Positions 5,980-8,068 of a stretch of 8,068 nt of DNA are shown in pieces (position 1 is the first letter of the stretch; each line of letters starts with the position of its first letter). The stretch spans positions 1 to 8,068 of the forward strand of contig JAMCWY010000002.1 in NCBI GenBank assembly GCA_023480925.1. The letters run 5' to 3'. The stretch is from Patescibacteria group bacterium (lineage in GTDB: Bacteria > Patescibacteriota > Minisyncoccia > UBA6257 > HR35). Below the pieces are notes generated by a model, which saw only the letters and a program-made list of their open reading frames with translations, searched no databases and was not told the DNA's origin. The position numbers and the translations under genes were made by a program.

Positions 5980-6840
5980 TTATTGTCGAGCGAAAGGATT
6001 AGTTTTGCCTCGAACCTCAAAGTGGAGGTGACAGCCGGTTGAGTCGCCGGTATCGCCGACAAATCCGATCAGACTGCCCTTTTTAACATAAGTGTCAACT
6101 TGGGCAACTCGTTCGGATAAGTGACCGTAAAGAGTGATGCTGCCATCGGCGTGTTGAATTTGAATAAAGTTGCCATAACCGCCATCCCAGCCGTCCTGAG
6201 AAACAATGACCAGGCCGTCGTCGGCGGCATAAACGGGCTGACCGCAATTGGCGCTAATATCAACGCCGTTATTGGCATGAAGTAAACCTTCGTCCAAGCC
6301 TGAAACAGGCGAGAGCAAACCGCCAATTTTTTCCAAAGCCTTGACGAAAACACCGGTGATCGGCGCGACTAAATAGTTTTCGCTTGAAGGAATAATTGCT
6401 TGAATTTTCGTGTCGGGCGGCAGATTCAAAACAGCGCCTGCTTTAATCAAGGCCGGATCGCCAATATTGTTATAGGCAAGGATATCATCAATTTTCAAAC
6501 CAAACTTGGCGGCGATACCGGACAAGGTCTCGTCCGGCTCAACCGTGTACTTAAACGCTTTTTTCGCCAAAACTGTTTTCAAAAGTTCGTCTCGCCTTAA
6601 GCTTAAAGCTAAGTTTGGCTCGGCTGTCGCCGCGGCCAATGACGCCGCCGCTTGAAGCGTTGAAACTTCGGGACTAACGGGGAAACTTAAAGCGGGCTTT
6701 AAGGCTAACGCGGGCTTAGTCGAAAAAATCTGTTCCAACGTCATAAACTGATTGACGCCATTTGTTTTATTTTTCTGGCCAAAAGTCTTAACGCTGACGT
6801 GGGTCAAAAAAAATAAAAGCAAAGCTAAAAAACCAACCAA
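5980..6840 (-). CDS. Secreted or membrane-anchored LysM-domain M23 (LytM-type) peptidoglycan metalloendopeptidase
   Basis: The ORF is 286 aa with an N-terminal hydrophobic anchor (VGFLALLLFFL). The LysM block is YTVEPDETLSGIAAKFGLKIDDILAYNNIGDPALIKAGAVLNLP. The M23 catalytic motifs are HANNGVDI (HxxxD) and GYGNFIQIQHADGSITLYGHLS...GDTGDSTGCHLHFEV (HxH). The start is TTG at 6840, with AAGGAA about 9 nt upstream. The stop is TAA. Confidence 0.9.
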   Translation of the reverse strand: MVGFLALLLFFLTHVSVKTFGQKNKTNGVNQFMTLEQIFSTKPALALKPALSFPVSPEVSTLQAAASLAAATAEPNLALSLRRDELLKTVLAKKAFKYTVEPDETLSGIAAKFGLKIDDILAYNNIGDPALIKAGAVLNLPPDTKIQAIIPSSENYLVAPITGVFVKALEKIGGLLSPVSGLDEGLLHANNGVDISANCGQPVYAADDGLVIVSQDGWDGGYGNFIQIQHADGSITLYGHLSERVAQVDTYVKKGSLIGFVGDTGDSTGCHLHFEVRGKTNPFARQ

Positions 6841-7082
6841 AATAATTTTTTCCTTGCGTTTAATTTTATTTATTGTTAAAGTTAATTTCTTCCAACCAAA
6901 TAAAATTAATCTTTAACACTTATGGTTAATCTGATTGATCCTGATTATATTTATTATTATATACCAAAATCGAAATGATTTTTTTGTCTAAAATTTCCGC
7001 TAAAAAACCGGTTCTGAAACAACAATTTTAATTGAAGTCTTATCCCCAAACCCAACCTGAAACCATTAGCCAAAGACTGAAT

Positions 7083-7088
7083 TAAAAT
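7083..7088 (+). promoter_or_regulatory. Candidate -10 element (TAAAAT) placed for a leaderless or near-leaderless DUF763-like transcript
   Basis: TAAAAT ends 6 nt before the ATG at 7095. No Shine-Dalgarno sequence lies between them, and only a poor -35 candidate is present (TGAAAC, 7058..7063, 19-nt spacer). Confidence 0.25.
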
Positions 7089-7094
7089 ATACGA

Positions 7095-8068
7095 ATGAAA
7101 ACAGGTATCGCCACTTTTTCTCTTGACACGGGCAGATGCCCAACCTGGCTCTTCCGCCGGATGAAACAACTCGGCGGTTTGATGGCGGAAATGATAATCG
7201 AAGAATACGACGAAGAGGAACTTTTAAAACGCTTAAGCGATCCAACCTACTTTCAGGCCTTGGGCTGCAGCCTTGCTTTCGATTGGAACTCGTCCGGCCT
7301 GACCGTTGTTCTTTTGGCCGCGCTTAAAGAATCTTTCCGCGAACGAAATTTAAAAATCCACATCTTCGGCGGCAAGGGTAAAACCTCGCGCAAAACGCCA
7401 ATGGAAATTTTAACTTTCGGCGAAAAAAAAGGCTTTGACCCCAACCCCTATATCAAACTTTCGAAGCTAATCGCCAAGATTGACAATAACTTAATCCAGG
7501 ATAGCTTCAGTCTCTACCACCATAGTTTTATTCTTAACGAAAAAGGCAGTTGGGGCGTGATCCAGCAAGGTCTTAATCTCAATTCGGCCAAAGCCCGGCG
7601 CTATCATTGGTACGGCGGCCGGCTTGAACCGGATGCGGACTTGACCGAAGAATCGCACCAAGGCATCGCTAGCCAAATATTTTTAAAAAACATTCTTAAT
7701 CTAACCGCCCAGTCAAGCCGAGCGAACAAAGATTTAATGGTAAAATTAATTAACCAACCAAAAGAGCTTAATCGCGATCTGAAAATTTTTCTTCGGCCCC
7801 GAAAAAGTTTATTTTTAGACAACCACGATTTTTATTCCCATCCGGTCAACCGAGAAGAATTTAATTTAAAGCGGCTAAGGGCGACTTTGGAAAAAACTTC
7901 AAGTCTTAATCCCCAAGACATCGAAAATCTGGTTTTAGCCAAAGGCGTCGGCCCTAAGACAATTCGGGCGCTCTCGCTGGTGGCTGAATTAGTTTACAAA
8001 GAGCCGGCCTCAAAAATCGATCCGGCCCGATACACCTTCATCGCCGGCTTGACTGGGCGGTTAGATTA
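7095..8068 (+). CDS. DUF763-like protein with a helix-hairpin-helix motif; 3' end truncated by the window edge
   Basis: I translated it by hand: 324 consecutive sense codons from ATG 7095 to the window end, with an in-frame TAA at 7083..7085 just upstream. It begins MKTGIATFSLDTGRCPTWLFRRMKQLGG. It also contains LAFDWNSSGLT, IFGGKGKTSRKTPMEI, SAKARRYHWYG and GVGPKTIRALSLVAELVYKEP (HhH). It is absent from the ORF track because it has no stop in the window. Confidence 0.85.
   Translation, partial: MKTGIATFSLDTGRCPTWLFRRMKQLGGLMAEMIIEEYDEEELLKRLSDPTYFQALGCSLAFDWNSSGLTVVLLAALKESFRERNLKIHIFGGKGKTSRKTPMEILTFGEKKGFDPNPYIKLSKLIAKIDNNLIQDSFSLYHHSFILNEKGSWGVIQQGLNLNSAKARRYHWYGGRLEPDADLTEESHQGIASQIFLKNILNLTAQSSRANKDLMVKLINQPKELNRDLKIFLRPRKSLFLDNHDFYSHPVNREEFNLKRLRATLEKTSSLNPQDIENLVLAKGVGPKTIRALSLVAELVYKEPASKIDPARYTFIAGLTGRLD

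Noticed and set aside
4514-6600. Other short overlapping track ORFs (4514..4732-, 4671..4856-, 6069..6353-, 6400..6600+)
   Set aside because: They are embedded in or antisense to the GerMN and M23 genes. They have no independent support.
6841-7094. 254-bp AT-rich divergent intergenic region, considered for a riboswitch, sRNA or small ORF
   Set aside because: I could find no extended complementary stems, conserved riboswitch cores or credible small ORFs by eye. The only short direct repeats are TTAATCT twice and CTGATT twice. It most likely holds divergent promoters, but I could not place the M23 promoter with confidence.
7136-7822. Four short track ORFs (7136..7327+, 7253..7444-, 7491..7676-, 7604..7822-)
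   Set aside because: All overlap the 324-codon open frame starting at 7095, which has clear family-like motifs. They are off-frame or antisense artefacts.
1-8068. Alternative genetic code (UGA as Gly, code 25, as in Gracilibacteria/Absconditabacteria)
   Set aside because: TGA terminates the yvcK-like and GerMN genes at sensible lengths. In the yvcK-like case it forms an ATGA coupling overlap. No conserved frame contains an in-frame TGA.
1-8068. CRISPR arrays, tandem repeats, IS elements, DGR-type template/variable repeats, toxin-antitoxin pairs
   Set aside because: I saw no regularly spaced direct repeats, no terminal inverted repeats flanking a transposase-like ORF, and no long near-identical duplicated segments on either strand.

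Overview
This is a compact, moderately AT-rich bacterial chromosomal segment. The standard genetic code applies: TAA and TGA both end conserved genes at sensible positions, and no conserved frame has an in-frame TGA. Small genes, short spacers, TTG starts and the gene content suggest a reduced-genome, Patescibacteria/CPR-like organism, but this is inference only. I support 8 protein-coding loci, one tRNA and one disrupted gene. On the minus strand: the 5' end of a membrane-anchored protein (1..102, open-ended), a 514-aa GT-C/ArnT-PMT-like membrane glycosyltransferase with its own intrinsic terminator, a PAP2 lipid phosphatase joined by an ATGA overlap to a YvcK/CofD-family protein, an ASCH/DUF3850-like gene broken by an in-frame TAG and a frame break, tRNA-Ala(UGC), and a LysM + M23 peptidase. 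On the plus strand: a class IV (BCAT/D-amino-acid) aminotransferase, a membrane-anchored Gmad2 + GerMN protein, and a 324-codon ORF (7095..8068) that runs off the right edge. That last ORF is missing from the supplied ORF track and looks like the uncharacterised DUF763 family with a helix-hairpin-helix motif. Most genes relate to the cell envelope. I found no CRISPR array, IS element, toxin-antitoxin pair or recognisable defence system. The items most worth a second look are the DUF763-like ORF and the doubly disrupted ASCH-like gene, whose frame break falls exactly on a canonical slippery heptamer. All family assignments come from motif recognition by eye and need HMM or BLAST confirmation.
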